A DNA stretch of 64,000 nucleotides from Spirochaetia bacterium (GTDB lineage Bacteria > Spirochaetota > Leptospiria > Turneriellales > JAOUOS01): NCBI GenBank assembly GCA_029880265.1, contig JAOUOT010000002.1, positions 117,353 through 181,352 on the forward strand, written 5' to 3'. The notes under the pieces were generated by a model. It made no database searches and had not been told where the DNA came from. It was given only the letters and a program-made list of their open reading frames with translations. The translations under genes and the position numbers were made by a program. This document shows positions 21,808 to 32,423 of the stretch, piece after piece (position 1 is the stretch's first letter; every line of letters starts with the position of its first letter).

Positions 21808-22272
21808 ATGAAAAACAACAAGAAAAAAATGATTTTAGGCATAGGAGTTCTGCTTCTTATTGCAGCCCTTCTTTTGACAATACATCATCTTCATTCGGGA
21901 CATGAGCACAGCGAACATGAACACGGAGAAGTTTCGACCGAGATGACGCTTAACAATGGCGAGAAATGGAAAGCAGATATTCAGACAAAAAGATTTGTTA
22001 TGGCTATGATCCATTTTGTCGAGAAAGTTTCGGTCAAAGAGAATTTGACAAAAGCTGAATATATAGACGCGGGCGAGACTCTTAAGGGCAGTTTCAACTC
22101 TATCATTGCCAATTGCACCATGGAAGGGCAGGCTCATGATGAACTGCACAAATTTCTTATGAAGCTAAGCCCTAATATTGAAGAGCTTAGAAAGGGAAAC
22201 TTAGAAACCGCAAAGCATGCTTTAGAAGAAAGCAAGAATACTCTTAAGCTGTTTCAAAATTATTTCAAATAA
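21808..22272 (+). CDS. Membrane-anchored His-rich protein, DnrO-like
   Basis: TM, His-rich linker HHLHSGHEHSEHEH, then LNNGEKWKAD and IIANCTMEGQAHDELH motifs. Confidence 0.6.
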   Translation: MKNNKKKMILGIGVLLLIAALLLTIHHLHSGHEHSEHEHGEVSTEMTLNNGEKWKADIQTKRFVMAMIHFVEKVSVKENLTKAEYIDAGETLKGSFNSIIANCTMEGQAHDELHKFLMKLSPNIEELRKGNLETAKHALEESKNTLKLFQNYFK

Positions 22273-22292
22273 AACCATACTCGCTTGTTTTC

Positions 22293-22337
22293 GGAGTTTA
22301 GTATAAATAAACAGTATTTATACTAAACTCCTTTTTT
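22293..22337 (+). terminator. Rho-independent terminator
   Basis: 17-bp stem GGAGTTTAGTATAAATA / TATTTATACTAAACTCC followed by T6. Confidence 0.85.
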
Positions 22338-22463
22338 ATTTATGCATAATTATATCTTTTTCTTTGCGGGAAAATCATTTTATAATAAACGTTTATTCAT
22401 GAAAATTGATAAAATAAGCCACTTTAGGTTGACGCTATGAATTAAGATATTTCTGCTATTCTT

Positions 22464-25157
22464 ATGAAAAAATATAAAAATAAATTAATCTTATTACTGG
22501 CGGCTTTATTTATAATTTTTTTACCGCTCTCTTCAGAAATAGCCGGTTTTCTGGTTGATAAAAAATGGTTTTCGGCCGTGGGATATTCAGAAGTTTTTTG
22601 GACAACGCTTACCTCAAAAGGTTATGTATTTATTACTTTTTTTCTTATCTTCTTAATTTTATTAAAGATAAACTACCGCGTTGCCTGGAGACTTAGCGGT
22701 CAAAAGACGCTCAATAATGTGGCAGGCTTTCAAATTCCAGGCGAAAAGTTTATTCACATTATCGCCTCATTGCTGATTCTTATTTTTTCATTTCTGGCAG
22801 CCTCGGCGGCTTTGCCAAAATGGCAGACTGTTTTAGAATTTATTTACGGTGAAAAATTTAATATAAAAGACCCTATTTTTAATAATGATTTAAGTTTTTA
22901 TTTTTTTAGCGTTCCTTTTTTTGAAAGCATCAAAAACTGGCTTTTTGCTTTTTTTATATTGGCCGCTATTATGGCCGCTTTGGTTTATATAATTACCGGC
23001 GCGGTACAATGGGTGCGCGGATGGAAGCACGGTTTTTCAATTCCGGCGAGAATGCATTTAAGCGTTCTTTTGGCGGGGTTTACTCTTGTTCTTTCTTTTG
23101 GTTATTGGATTGAAAAATACAGCCTTCTTTATTCGGCTTCGGGAGTGGTTTACGGAGCCGGCTATACAGACGCTCATGCGAGAGTCTTTTCATATAATTT
23201 CATGATTTTTGCCGCCTTAACGGCTTTTTGCGTCGTCATTATATCTTTATTTAGAAAAACGTTTTTATTATTAATTTCAGCCGCCGTTCTTCTTTTTGGT
23301 TCCCTTCTTATCATCCACTGGATATATCCCGCTTTTCAAGAGAAATTTGTCGTTGGGCCCAATGAACTTGAAAAAGAAAAGCCTTATATTGAGCATAATA
23401 TTAAATATACTAAAATGGCATATAATCTTTCAGACATACAAACTAAAAAATTTTCAGGAACCGGAGAACTAACGCGCAGCGACCTGATAGAAAATAAAAC
23501 AACCATCGATAATATCAGGCTTTGGGATTGGCGTCCGCTATTAAACACATACAAGCAAATTCAGGAAATTCGTCTTTACTATAAATTTAACGATGTTGAT
23601 ATAGACAGATATTTAATAAACGGCGAATATCGACAAGTCATGGTCGCCGCAAGAGAACTGGCCTTTGAACAGGTACCCGAACAGGCTAAAACATGGGTAA
23701 ACCAGCGTTTAAAATATACTCACGGCTACGGCATTGTAATGAGTCCGGTAAATCAGGTTACCGAACAGGGAATGCCCGAACTTTTTATCAAAGACATTCC
23801 TCCTATTTCAGAAATAGATATTAAAATTAATCGACCCGAAATTTACTATGGAGAAGAAACAAATCATTATATTTTTACCGGAACCTCGACTGAAGAGTTC
23901 GACTATCCCGTTGGCGGAAGCAACAAATTCACGAAATATACGGGCAAAGGGGGGGTTGCGATACCTTCTTTTTTTGACAGACTTTTGTTTGCCTATCATT
24001 TTCGAAGTATGAAAATCTTAATTTCTGAATATTTCACCGAAAACAGCAAAATCTTATACAAAAGGAACATATTAAAAAGAATAAAAGAAATTGCTCCTTT
24101 TTTAATATATGATCAAGACCCTTATCTTGTTATTTCTGACGGTAAATTAATTTGGGTTATCGACGCTTACACCACGGGAACCAAATATCCCTACGCTGAA
24201 CCTATTCCTAAATCTGATATTAATTATATTAGAAATTCAGTAAAGGTAACTATTGACGCCTATCATGGCGACGTCATTTTTTACGCTTTAGACGAAAATG
24301 ACCCTGTGTTAAAAACATATGTGAAAATATTTCCGACTTTGTTTCAACGGGCCGATAAAATTCCCGAAGATATAAAAAATCATTTTCGATATCCCTTAGA
24401 TTTATTCAAGGTACAGGCACATATGTATGCCAAATATCATATGAATGATTCGGGCGTATTCTATAATAAAGAAGACCTATGGCGGGTTCCGACAGAAATT
24501 TATGATTCTAAAGAACAAGAAATGCAGCCCTATTATGTTATCATGAAACTTCCTGAGAAACAGAAAGAAGAGTTCTTGCTGATTCAGCCTTTCACTCCGG
24601 TAAATAAAAACAATATGGTAGCGTGGATGGCGGCCCAATCTGACAAAGAAAATTATGGTAAGCTGATTGTTTATGAGTTTCCCAAAAAAGAGCTTATTTA
24701 CGGCCCTATGCAAATTGAGGCTAGAATAGATCAGGCCCCCGCCATATCTGAACTTTTAACCCTATGGAGCCAAAAAGGCTCAAGCGTAATTAGAGGGAAC
24801 TTAATGGTTATTCCCATAAAAGACGCCCTGCTTTACATTGAACCGCTTTATTTAAAGGCGGAACAGGGAGAAATGCCTGAGCTTAAAAGAGTAATAGCCG
24901 CCCATGGCAATAAAATTGTTATGAAAGAAAACTTAAAATTGGCTCTAGAGGCTATCTTTGGCAGACCCTCATCTCAAGATATCGTAGACGATCCCGGCCT
25001 AGAAGCAAGTCTTAAATCATTGATAGAAACCGCCAATAAATTATTCAATGAAGGCCAAAAAAGTCTAAAACAAGGCGATTGGAACGCTTACGGAGCGGCG
25101 CAAAAACAATTACAAATTATGCTTGAAAAACTTCAAGACAAAGCCGCGAAAAATTAA
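22464..25157 (+). CDS. UPF0182 family membrane protein
   Basis: GAGYTD, NIRLWD, YTHGYG, NYIRNSVK, DAYTT and GNLMVIP..LLYIEPLY motifs. Confidence 0.95.
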   Translation: MKKYKNKLILLLAALFIIFLPLSSEIAGFLVDKKWFSAVGYSEVFWTTLTSKGYVFITFFLIFLILLKINYRVAWRLSGQKTLNNVAGFQIPGEKFIHIIASLLILIFSFLAASAALPKWQTVLEFIYGEKFNIKDPIFNNDLSFYFFSVPFFESIKNWLFAFFILAAIMAALVYIITGAVQWVRGWKHGFSIPARMHLSVLLAGFTLVLSFGYWIEKYSLLYSASGVVYGAGYTDAHARVFSYNFMIFAALTAFCVVIISLFRKTFLLLISAAVLLFGSLLIIHWIYPAFQEKFVVGPNELEKEKPYIEHNIKYTKMAYNLSDIQTKKFSGTGELTRSDLIENKTTIDNIRLWDWRPLLNTYKQIQEIRLYYKFNDVDIDRYLINGEYRQVMVAARELAFEQVPEQAKTWVNQRLKYTHGYGIVMSPVNQVTEQGMPELFIKDIPPISEIDIKINRPEIYYGEETNHYIFTGTSTEEFDYPVGGSNKFTKYTGKGGVAIPSFFDRLLFAYHFRSMKILISEYFTENSKILYKRNILKRIKEIAPFLIYDQDPYLVISDGKLIWVIDAYTTGTKYPYAEPIPKSDINYIRNSVKVTIDAYHGDVIFYALDENDPVLKTYVKIFPTLFQRADKIPEDIKNHFRYPLDLFKVQAHMYAKYHMNDSGVFYNKEDLWRVPTEIYDSKEQEMQPYYVIMKLPEKQKEEFLLIQPFTPVNKNNMVAWMAAQSDKENYGKLIVYEFPKKELIYGPMQIEARIDQAPAISELLTLWSQKGSSVIRGNLMVIPIKDALLYIEPLYLKAEQGEMPELKRVIAAHGNKIVMKENLKLALEAIFGRPSSQDIVDDPGLEASLKSLIETANKLFNEGQKSLKQGDWNAYGAAQKQLQIMLEKLQDKAAKN

Positions 25158-25161
25158 ATTT

Positions 25162-25674
25162 TTATTCTTCAGGTCTTTTGAAAATTTCTGAATAAATAAA
25201 CGCTTTTTGTGTTGTATTGTAATTTTTTTCAATAAAATCAAATATATGTTTTTTAGTTTTATTATCTTTATTTAAAGATTTTTTTTCATTAGACAACAAA
25301 TTGTCAACTTTATCAACGATTTCTTTTTTGGCGCTTTTTACGAATTTTATATTTTCAACATCTATTAAGGTCTTTTTATGACCGCCATTATTAAAATCGG
25401 CGTCATCATAATTTTTTTCAAATTGATCTTCTAAATAGTCTTCATATTTTTTCTCTTCAGATTCATAATCAATATATTCGTTTTCATTAAGCTCTTCATC
25501 AAGATCATCATCAGGACGATATGACTCCGAAAAATCTTCAGGTTTTTTTTGGTTAAATTCTTCTTTGTATTTGTCTAAAAATTTTTTAATAAAACTGATA
25601 AAATAAAAAAATAATATTATCCACCAAATATTCTTAAAGATAAATCTAATTACATCATTAATTTCTATTTGCAT
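25162..25674 (-). CDS. Hypothetical membrane protein (YqfB-like, floA partner)
   Basis: N-terminal TM and C-terminal QKAFIYSEIFKRP motif; downstream of floA. Confidence 0.65.
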   Translation of the reverse strand: MQIEINDVIRFIFKNIWWIILFFYFISFIKKFLDKYKEEFNQKKPEDFSESYRPDDDLDEELNENEYIDYESEEKKYEDYLEDQFEKNYDDADFNNGGHKKTLIDVENIKFVKSAKKEIVDKVDNLLSNEKKSLNKDNKTKKHIFDFIEKNYNTTQKAFIYSEIFKRPEE

Positions 25675-25714
25675 TTAGAATTTTTCATTTGCTCTTTCTA
25701 AAATAAAGAGAATT

Positions 25715-26686
25715 CTACTTTTCTTCTTTATCTGATATTGATTCCCGCATATTGGTATCGGCTTGTATATTTTTTAGACGATAATAATCCATGATTCCCA
25801 GATTTCCGGTTTCAAAAGCTTTGGCAATCGATAAGGGTATTCTCGCTTCGGCTTCTCTTAATTTTGCTTCCATCTCGGTTACCAAAGCTTTATTCTCCTG
25901 TTCTTTGGCCACGGCCATCACTCTTTTTTCTTCAGCTTTGGCCTGGGCCACTGTCTTATCGGTTTCTGCCTGATCTGCCTGAAGCTTGGCGCCGATATTT
26001 TCTCCTACGTCTACGTCTGCGATATCAATCGATAATATTTCAAAAGCCGTGCCGGCATCCAGACCTCTTTTTAATACCGCTTTTGAAATTAAATCGGGAT
26101 TTTCAAGAACGTCTTTATATTTTAATGCAGAGCCTATACTGCTTACAATGCCCTCGCCTACTCTGGCAATAATAGTCTCTTCTGTCGCGCCGCCTACAAG
26201 CCTGTCTAAGTCAGTTCTCACCGTAACCCTAGAGATTGCTTTTAACTGTATACCGTCTTTAGCGACAGCCGACACCATGGGGGTACTTATGACTTTGGGT
26301 AAAACAGACATTCTAACGGCTTCGAGTACGTCTCTTCCGGCAAGATCAATTGCGGCGGCTCTCTCAAAATTTAGTTCAATTTTAGCTTTATCGGCGGCTA
26401 TCAAAGCGGTTACTACTCTATTAACATGTCCTCCGGCAAGATAATGGCTCTCAAGTTGATCGCGCTTCAGCGCTATACCCGCTTTTGTTCCCGCAATTAA
26501 GGGTTCGACGATTTCACGCGGTGGTATTTTTCTCAGTTTCATCGCAATCAATGAAAATATATTGATAAAAACCCCGCTGGCCAAAGCTGAAATCCAAAGG
26601 CCAAAGGGTACAAAATAGAAAAATATTCCCGCGCCTAATACAGACACTATAATTATAAAAACTGGTGTTATTGTCATAATAACCAC
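25715..26686 (-). CDS. floA: Flotillin-like protein FloA (YqfA/UPF0365)
   Basis: [20 protein letters not shown] and [17 protein letters not shown] motifs. Confidence 0.95.
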   Translation of the reverse strand: MVIMTITPVFIIIVSVLGAGIFFYFVPFGLWISALASGVFINIFSLIAMKLRKIPPREIVEPLIAGTKAGIALKRDQLESHYLAGGHVNRVVTALIAADKAKIELNFERAAAIDLAGRDVLEAVRMSVLPKVISTPMVSAVAKDGIQLKAISRVTVRTDLDRLVGGATEETIIARVGEGIVSSIGSALKYKDVLENPDLISKAVLKRGLDAGTAFEILSIDIADVDVGENIGAKLQADQAETDKTVAQAKAEEKRVMAVAKEQENKALVTEMEAKLREAEARIPLSIAKAFETGNLGIMDYYRLKNIQADTNMRESISDKEEK

Positions 26687-26874
26687 TATATAAAACCCGA
26701 ATGAAACGGCAATGTTTTTACAAAAATTATGATTGTCGCCTTGTTTTATAAAGATTTTTTGTTATTACAACTATTAACTCTTAACATAATAAATGGACAA
26801 GGTTACGAATTAGTTATAAAATAATAATTTAGATAAAAAATATAATAAATAAATTATCATAAGGGGTTATTAAA

Positions 26875-27105
26875 ATGCAAAAATTAATTGCAAATCTTAA
26901 TGAAGCTATAGAATTTCTCAAAGTTCTTTTAAAAACATTATTATACCTTATACCGGTCGCCTATCTATTAAATTTATTTTTAGGAAAAAAATTTGAGTTC
27001 CTTAATGAATTAGGAAGCGAAATTAAATCTCTACTTAAACTCGGGTCGTCTTCTATTGAGCTTCTTATCGCATTAATTTTATTGACTTATGTTGTTAAAA
27101 AGTAA
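26875..27105 (+). CDS. Small hypothetical membrane protein
   Basis: 76 aa with two hydrophobic segments and an AGGGG RBS. Confidence 0.6.
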   Translation: MQKLIANLNEAIEFLKVLLKTLLYLIPVAYLLNLFLGKKFEFLNELGSEIKSLLKLGSSSIELLIALILLTYVVKK

Positions 27106-27211
27106 TTTTTATATAATGAATAAGGTATTTTTTTAGTAATTTTTATAAATTTTTTAAACTAATTTGTTTTTTTATGTCGCAAAAAAGATATTATTTGCGT
27201 ATAATATATAT

Positions 27212-27308
27212 GTGATGAGGTTAAGAGAGCTTCTCTTACCTTTGCCACCTTAAATAGCCTCCAATATCCCCTTTTTTTCCCGCCCCCTTGCCGGGGCGGG
27301 TTTTTTTT
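27212..27308 (+). ncRNA. Candidate small RNA with C-rich single-stranded motifs
   Basis: TATAAT at 27200-27205, a 5' hairpin, GCCACC/GCCTCC/ATCCCC motifs and a plus-strand terminator. Confidence 0.4.
27279..27308 (+). terminator. Rho-independent terminator
   Basis: CCCGCCCC / GGGGCGGG stem followed by T8. Confidence 0.9.
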
Positions 27309-27313
27309 AAGAA

Positions 27314-27703
27314 CTATGTACCAGGGAAAAAAGAAGCATAAAATTTAGGGCCTTCCCATACCCGAATTTCGCTTAGAATCGTATTTTCTGGCAGCTTTTC
27401 TGTTATTTTTCTATAAATATATTTGGCTATATTTTCTGACGTAGGATTTTCTTTTTTAAAATAGTCTATATCATTTAAGCATTTATGATCTAAATAATCT
27501 ACAATTTTTTCAAGTTCTTTATGAACCGTATAATAATCTATACTAATTCCGTTTGATAACTTTTTTGATAAGCAAAACACTTCTGCCTTAAACGTATGAC
27601 CATGTAGCTCTTCATTGCGACCGTCAGAATAGTAATTGTATAAATAATGAGCGCTCTCAAAAATACCCTCTACTCTAATTTGGTACGATTCTTCAGATTT
27701 CAT
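27314..27703 (-). CDS. queD: 6-carboxytetrahydropterin synthase (QueD/PTPS family)
   Basis: FESAH.L, LHGH, LDHKCLN, NPTSENIA and VWE motifs. Confidence 0.9.
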   Translation of the reverse strand: MKSEESYQIRVEGIFESAHYLYNYYSDGRNEELHGHTFKAEVFCLSKKLSNGISIDYYTVHKELEKIVDYLDHKCLNDIDYFKKENPTSENIAKYIYRKITEKLPENTILSEIRVWEGPKFYASFFPGT

Positions 27704-27708
27704 GTTCC

Positions 27709-29466
27709 TTACATTTTTTCGGGAGCGTTTATGCCCAAAATATCGAGCCCAAACGATATTACATCAGCCGTTAAGGCGCATAAACTTAAAAGCAGTTGAG
27801 CTTCTTGAATATTTTCTTTTTGTTTATCAAGAATTCTATTTTCTTTTTCATGATAAAAATTAGTAAATAAAGAGGCAACATCGTATAAGTAGGCCGACAA
27901 TCTATGAATCTCTAAATTTTCAGAAATTTCTTTCAATACTTCGGGAAATCTCAATAGAAAATTCAGCAAAATACCGCGTTTTGCTAAAAGCAGCCATTCA
28001 CTTTTGAGTTTATCTAAGTCATATAAAGCTGTTTGCTTTTCTTTATCAAACGAGGCTTCTCGAAAAATGGAATATATTCTCGCATGCGCATATTGAATGT
28101 AGTAAACCGGATTTTGATTCGATTGCGTTAGGGCCAGCTCAAGATCAAAATCAAGCGGCGTATTCTGCGAGCGCATATTAAAAAAATAACGACATACATC
28201 TACGGGAATTTTCTCAATTAAATCGCGCATTGTTTGAAATTTCCCCAGACGTTTGCTCATAACGACAGGCTTGCCTTCTTCTAGCAGATTTACCTGCTGA
28301 ACAATAAGCACTTGAAAACTTACGCCTGGCTTTGTCGTTATACCCATCGCCTGCATCGCGGCGGTCATTCTTGCGATATAACCGTGGTGGTCAGGCCCCC
28401 ATATGTCGTATATCTTCTGATATCCTCTTTCTGCCTTGTGTTTATGATAAGCGATATCTGCCAATAAATAAGTGGGACGTCCGTCGGCTCTTTTTACCAC
28501 GCGATCTTTATCGTCTTTATATTTGGCGCTTTCAAAAAACCAAGCTCCGTCTTTTTTGTATAACGCCTTATTTGCATCAAGCGCGTCAAAGGCCCTATCT
28601 ACGCTGCCGTTACCGTGTAATTTTTTTTCAGAAAAAAACTCGTCATATTCGACCCTGAAATCTTTTAGATCACTTTTGTGCGTTTCAAGTATAGCGTTTA
28701 CCGCTAGTTCAGAAAAAAAATCCCCGGCTTTTTCGGCCCATTTTTCAAAACCTTGTTTATCATCACAAAGCGGTATGTTTTCTATATAATCGGGCAAAAT
28801 TTCGATTTCTACAATGGCTTCAATTATCTTGATTAAATATTCTCCCTGATAACAATCTTCAGGCAAAACGACTTCTATATCATTTTTCTGAGCAAATCTA
28901 TACGCCAAAGATATGCCCAATAACTTAATTTGATTGCCGTAATCGTTTACATAATACTCTTTATGCACTTTTTTCCCGCATGCGCCCAAAAGACGACATA
29001 TCGAATCGCCAACGGCTGCGGCCCTTGCTGAAACGATATTCAAGGGCCCTGTGGGGTTCGCGGATACAAATTCAAATATATAAGACGGCTCTTCTTTATA
29101 AGGAAACATTTCATTTATCCATCTTTGAACGCTTATTGCCTCTTTCATTTTTTTCAGAGCATATTCTTCTGACAAAAAAAAGTTAATAAATCCGGGACCC
29201 TCGGGTTTTATTCCTTTTACAATTTCATTAAAATCTTCATTTTTTAAAAGTTCTTTTATGATATTTTCCGCAATTTCGCGAGGATTTCTTTTTAGATATC
29301 GGGCCGATTCCATGGCTAAGGGGGTTGAATAATCGCCGAATTTATATTCAGGCGGATATTCTAATCTGATTTTGTAATCTGAGGGGATTTCTGTCTGATA
29401 ATCTTTTGAAATCTCAATAAATACTTTTTCTAAATGGCCTATTATCTCTGCCTTAATCGCTTGCAT
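27709..29466 (-). CDS. argS: Arginyl-tRNA synthetase
   Basis: EFVSANPTGPL, YYVNDYGNQ, WGPDHHGY, MSKR and NPVYYIQYAHAR motifs. Confidence 0.98.
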   Translation of the reverse strand: MQAIKAEIIGHLEKVFIEISKDYQTEIPSDYKIRLEYPPEYKFGDYSTPLAMESARYLKRNPREIAENIIKELLKNEDFNEIVKGIKPEGPGFINFFLSEEYALKKMKEAISVQRWINEMFPYKEEPSYIFEFVSANPTGPLNIVSARAAAVGDSICRLLGACGKKVHKEYYVNDYGNQIKLLGISLAYRFAQKNDIEVVLPEDCYQGEYLIKIIEAIVEIEILPDYIENIPLCDDKQGFEKWAEKAGDFFSELAVNAILETHKSDLKDFRVEYDEFFSEKKLHGNGSVDRAFDALDANKALYKKDGAWFFESAKYKDDKDRVVKRADGRPTYLLADIAYHKHKAERGYQKIYDIWGPDHHGYIARMTAAMQAMGITTKPGVSFQVLIVQQVNLLEEGKPVVMSKRLGKFQTMRDLIEKIPVDVCRYFFNMRSQNTPLDFDLELALTQSNQNPVYYIQYAHARIYSIFREASFDKEKQTALYDLDKLKSEWLLLAKRGILLNFLLRFPEVLKEISENLEIHRLSAYLYDVASLFTNFYHEKENRILDKQKENIQEAQLLLSLCALTADVISFGLDILGINAPEKM

Positions 29467-29533
29467 ACGATTTTCAGAAATGTTTTTACAGACAGAGCGT
29501 CAACACTTCTTAGCTGACGCATATTTTCGCAAA

Positions 29534-30898
29534 TCAATTGACGACTACGGTTTTTATATTTACAAATTCACGAATTCCAAAGGTTGAAAGTTCTCTGCCG
29601 TAACCCGATTCTTTAACGCCTCCAAACGGAAGTTTGGGATCTGATTTTACAAAATCATTTATAAAACAGTTTCCTGCGTTGATTTGTTTTACGGCAATTC
29701 TTTCAGCTCTTTCAATATCTCGGCTAAATATCGCCGCCCCTAACCCGTATACAGTATCGTTGGCCAGTAAAACGGCTTCTTCTTCGGTTTTATATTTTAC
29801 AACCGCCGCCGCTGGCCCAAATGTTTCTTCTTGCCATACGGGCATATTTCTCTGTATATCAGCCAATAAAGTGGGGGGGTAATAATATCCTTTCATATCG
29901 GGTATTTTACCGCCGGTCACAAGTTTTGCTCCCATCGATACGCTTTTTTCAACAAGACCATGAATATTATCTCTTAAATCTTCCCGCGCCAAAGGGCCCA
30001 GGTCGCAGTTTTCAAGCGGGTCTCCCAAGGTTTTTGATTTCATTTTCTCTGCAAATAATTCGACGAACTTATCATATATTTTTTCATGAACAATAAATCT
30101 TTTAGCGGCAATACAACTTTGACCGGCGTTTAATAGTCTTCCGGCAATGCAACTTTCGGCTGATTTCTCAATATCTGCGTCTTCCATAATAATATATGGA
30201 TCTAATCCGCCCAGTTCTAATACCGTTTTCTTTAGCGATTTACCGGCTAAAGCGGCTACCGCCTTTCCCGCGATGGTGCCTCCCGTTAAAGAAACTCCTT
30301 GAATATGTTTATTTTCAATGATTAAAGATGTACTTTCAATTGAAGCCAATACTGTCGAAAAGAGTTTTTCGGGAAATTGCGCCTCAACAAATAATTTTTC
30401 TATTTCTAGCGCGCACATAGAAACATTGGGCGAATGTTTCAAAATCGCCCCATTTCCCGCTAGCATCGCCGGTACGGAAAAACGAAACACTTGCCAAAAA
30501 GGAAAGTTCCATGGCATAATTCCCAAAATTACGCCTAGAGGCTCAAAATATACGGTTGCTTTTTTATAATCGGTTTCAATCGGCAGCTCGCATAAAAACT
30601 GCTTTGCATGATTCGCGTAATATTCGCATAGCCATGCGCATTTTTTAATTTCTGCCGATGCCTGAACAATGGGTTTTCCCATTTCATCGGTAATTAATTT
30701 AGCGTATAAATCTTCTTTTTTATTTAATAATATGGCAATATTTTTAAATAAATCGGCTTTTTTGTCAATGGAAAATTCTTTCCAGCGTAATTGGCTTTTA
30801 TTCGAGGTCTCAATAATTTCTTTTATCTGTTCATTGGTATATTCTCTTGCCTCAAAAAAGATCTCTTCATTTTTGGGATTTATACTGACAAAACTCAT
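29534..30898 (-). CDS. NAD(P)-dependent succinate-semialdehyde dehydrogenase (Sad/GabD1 type)
   Basis: IMPWNFPFWQ, LELGG, NAGQSC, EETFGP and PFGGVKESGYGRE motifs. Confidence 0.9.
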   Translation of the reverse strand: MSFVSINPKNEEIFFEAREYTNEQIKEIIETSNKSQLRWKEFSIDKKADLFKNIAILLNKKEDLYAKLITDEMGKPIVQASAEIKKCAWLCEYYANHAKQFLCELPIETDYKKATVYFEPLGVILGIMPWNFPFWQVFRFSVPAMLAGNGAILKHSPNVSMCALEIEKLFVEAQFPEKLFSTVLASIESTSLIIENKHIQGVSLTGGTIAGKAVAALAGKSLKKTVLELGGLDPYIIMEDADIEKSAESCIAGRLLNAGQSCIAAKRFIVHEKIYDKFVELFAEKMKSKTLGDPLENCDLGPLAREDLRDNIHGLVEKSVSMGAKLVTGGKIPDMKGYYYPPTLLADIQRNMPVWQEETFGPAAAVVKYKTEEEAVLLANDTVYGLGAAIFSRDIERAERIAVKQINAGNCFINDFVKSDPKLPFGGVKESGYGRELSTFGIREFVNIKTVVVN

Positions 30899-30929
30899 AT
30901 CTAAAAGAAATGATAAATTAAACCTTCAA

Positions 30930-32285
30930 TTATTTATTGTAACTTACGTTTTTTCTTGGCCGAGAGGCGTAATCTGTTAATTTCCGCACCATAGGCTTTC
31001 TAATCGCATTGGGTAATTTTTTTCTCATACCTATTTCCCAAAATAAGGCTTTTTGAACAGCTTCATCGTCTTTTCTTGATCTTGCGTTTATTTTATAGAA
31101 AATAAAGGCTTCTTGAAAGTAATCTTTTGTTTTAAAATTTTTAACCCAACCTGATTTATTTTTCACTTCTCTAGCGAATATTCGCTGCGAACTAAATATC
31201 TTTTCGATTTTTTCAAGTTCTTTTTTAGATAACCCCAGCTCTTCTTCAACAAGTTTACACCTTTCAGAAATCAGATTATTTATATTTTCTTTCTTAGGGT
31301 CAAAAGACATTAAATCTTCTAAAACATCCGCAATTAAAATGGAATAATAAATATTCGTATTTATATCTTCGTGTTCAAATATCATTTTATCGCTTATCAT
31401 TAACCGTTTGCCAAGTCCGCTTTCTTCAAACGAGAACTTCCCTTCTTTGGTTTTTTTGGCAAATTCCGCTATTACGGGAAACATTGCTTCAAATATGCCA
31501 TATTCAAACATATCTTTGAATATAGCGTATGATTGTCCCGTTCGAAAAATTTTATTAAATTCTTCATGAAGGCGCGCTATTGAGGTTTTTGTTATAAGTC
31601 TTTTGTGTTTTTTTATTCCTCTAATTAAATTACTATGCAGATTAAAACCTAATAAAGCCGAAAACTTTACCGCTCTTAGCATTCGAACCGGATCTTCAGG
31701 AAATGAAATATCTTCGTCTCCTATTATTCTTATCAGTTTTTCTTTTAAATCTTCAACGCCGCCGGTATAATCAATAATCGTTTCGCTTCTAATATCAAAA
31801 AAGAGAGAATTTATAGTAAAATCGCGCCTGGCCGCGTCTTCTTTAAATGTGCCGAATTTATTATCTTTTTTCAAATACAATTCTTCGGCCTTTTTTCCCG
31901 AATTTCTGGAATCGGGCAATGATCGCGTTGTCGATACCTCAATTATTTTATTCATTCGAAATACTATATGTACAATTTTAAAACGTCTTCCTATCAAGCG
32001 ACTGTTGGCAAATATTTTTCTAATTTCATTTGGCTTTGCGTTTGTGACGACGTCATAGTCTTTCGGTTGTTTTCCTAAAAGCAAATCGCGAACACATCCG
32101 CCGACTATATACGCCTTATATCCAAAACTTTGAATTCTACTGATTACTTTAATCGCATCGGGATCGATATAAGACTTTCTAATATTATGAAAATCTTGAT
32201 AATATCGTTTACCCTGCGGATATTTTAAAATATCGTCAGCGCCAACAGTCTTTTTTAGAATGACTTTCTTTAGCCATTTTATCAT
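30930..32285 (-). CDS. pcnB: Poly(A) polymerase I
   Basis: GGCVRDLL, KDYD, RRDFTIN and EDPVRMLRA motifs, plus the PAP-specific signature LIGRRFKIVHI. Confidence 0.92.
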   Translation of the reverse strand: MIKWLKKVILKKTVGADDILKYPQGKRYYQDFHNIRKSYIDPDAIKVISRIQSFGYKAYIVGGCVRDLLLGKQPKDYDVVTNAKPNEIRKIFANSRLIGRRFKIVHIVFRMNKIIEVSTTRSLPDSRNSGKKAEELYLKKDNKFGTFKEDAARRDFTINSLFFDIRSETIIDYTGGVEDLKEKLIRIIGDEDISFPEDPVRMLRAVKFSALLGFNLHSNLIRGIKKHKRLITKTSIARLHEEFNKIFRTGQSYAIFKDMFEYGIFEAMFPVIAEFAKKTKEGKFSFEESGLGKRLMISDKMIFEHEDINTNIYYSILIADVLEDLMSFDPKKENINNLISERCKLVEEELGLSKKELEKIEKIFSSQRIFAREVKNKSGWVKNFKTKDYFQEAFIFYKINARSRKDDEAVQKALFWEIGMRKKLPNAIRKPMVRKLTDYASRPRKNVSYNK

Positions 32286-32423
32286 AGTCTAATATGAAAA
32301 TGAAGGCGTAGATTTCAAGTATAATAATTTTTAGTTGTCAGAATTTTATAAAAGTATTATTGACCGATTATATTAAATTCTTTACGCACTGTTTTGAAAA
32401 ATAATTATAACTGTACAAATTCA

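Noticed and set aside
22384..22397. Perfect 14-bp palindrome AATAAACGTTTATT upstream of the UPF0182 gene
   Set aside because: It is short and AT-rich, plausible by chance, and matches no regulator site I recognise.
30930..32285. Possibility that this gene is the CCA-adding enzyme, given the adjacent CCA-less tRNA
   Set aside because: It carries the poly(A) polymerase signature LIGRRFKIVHI.
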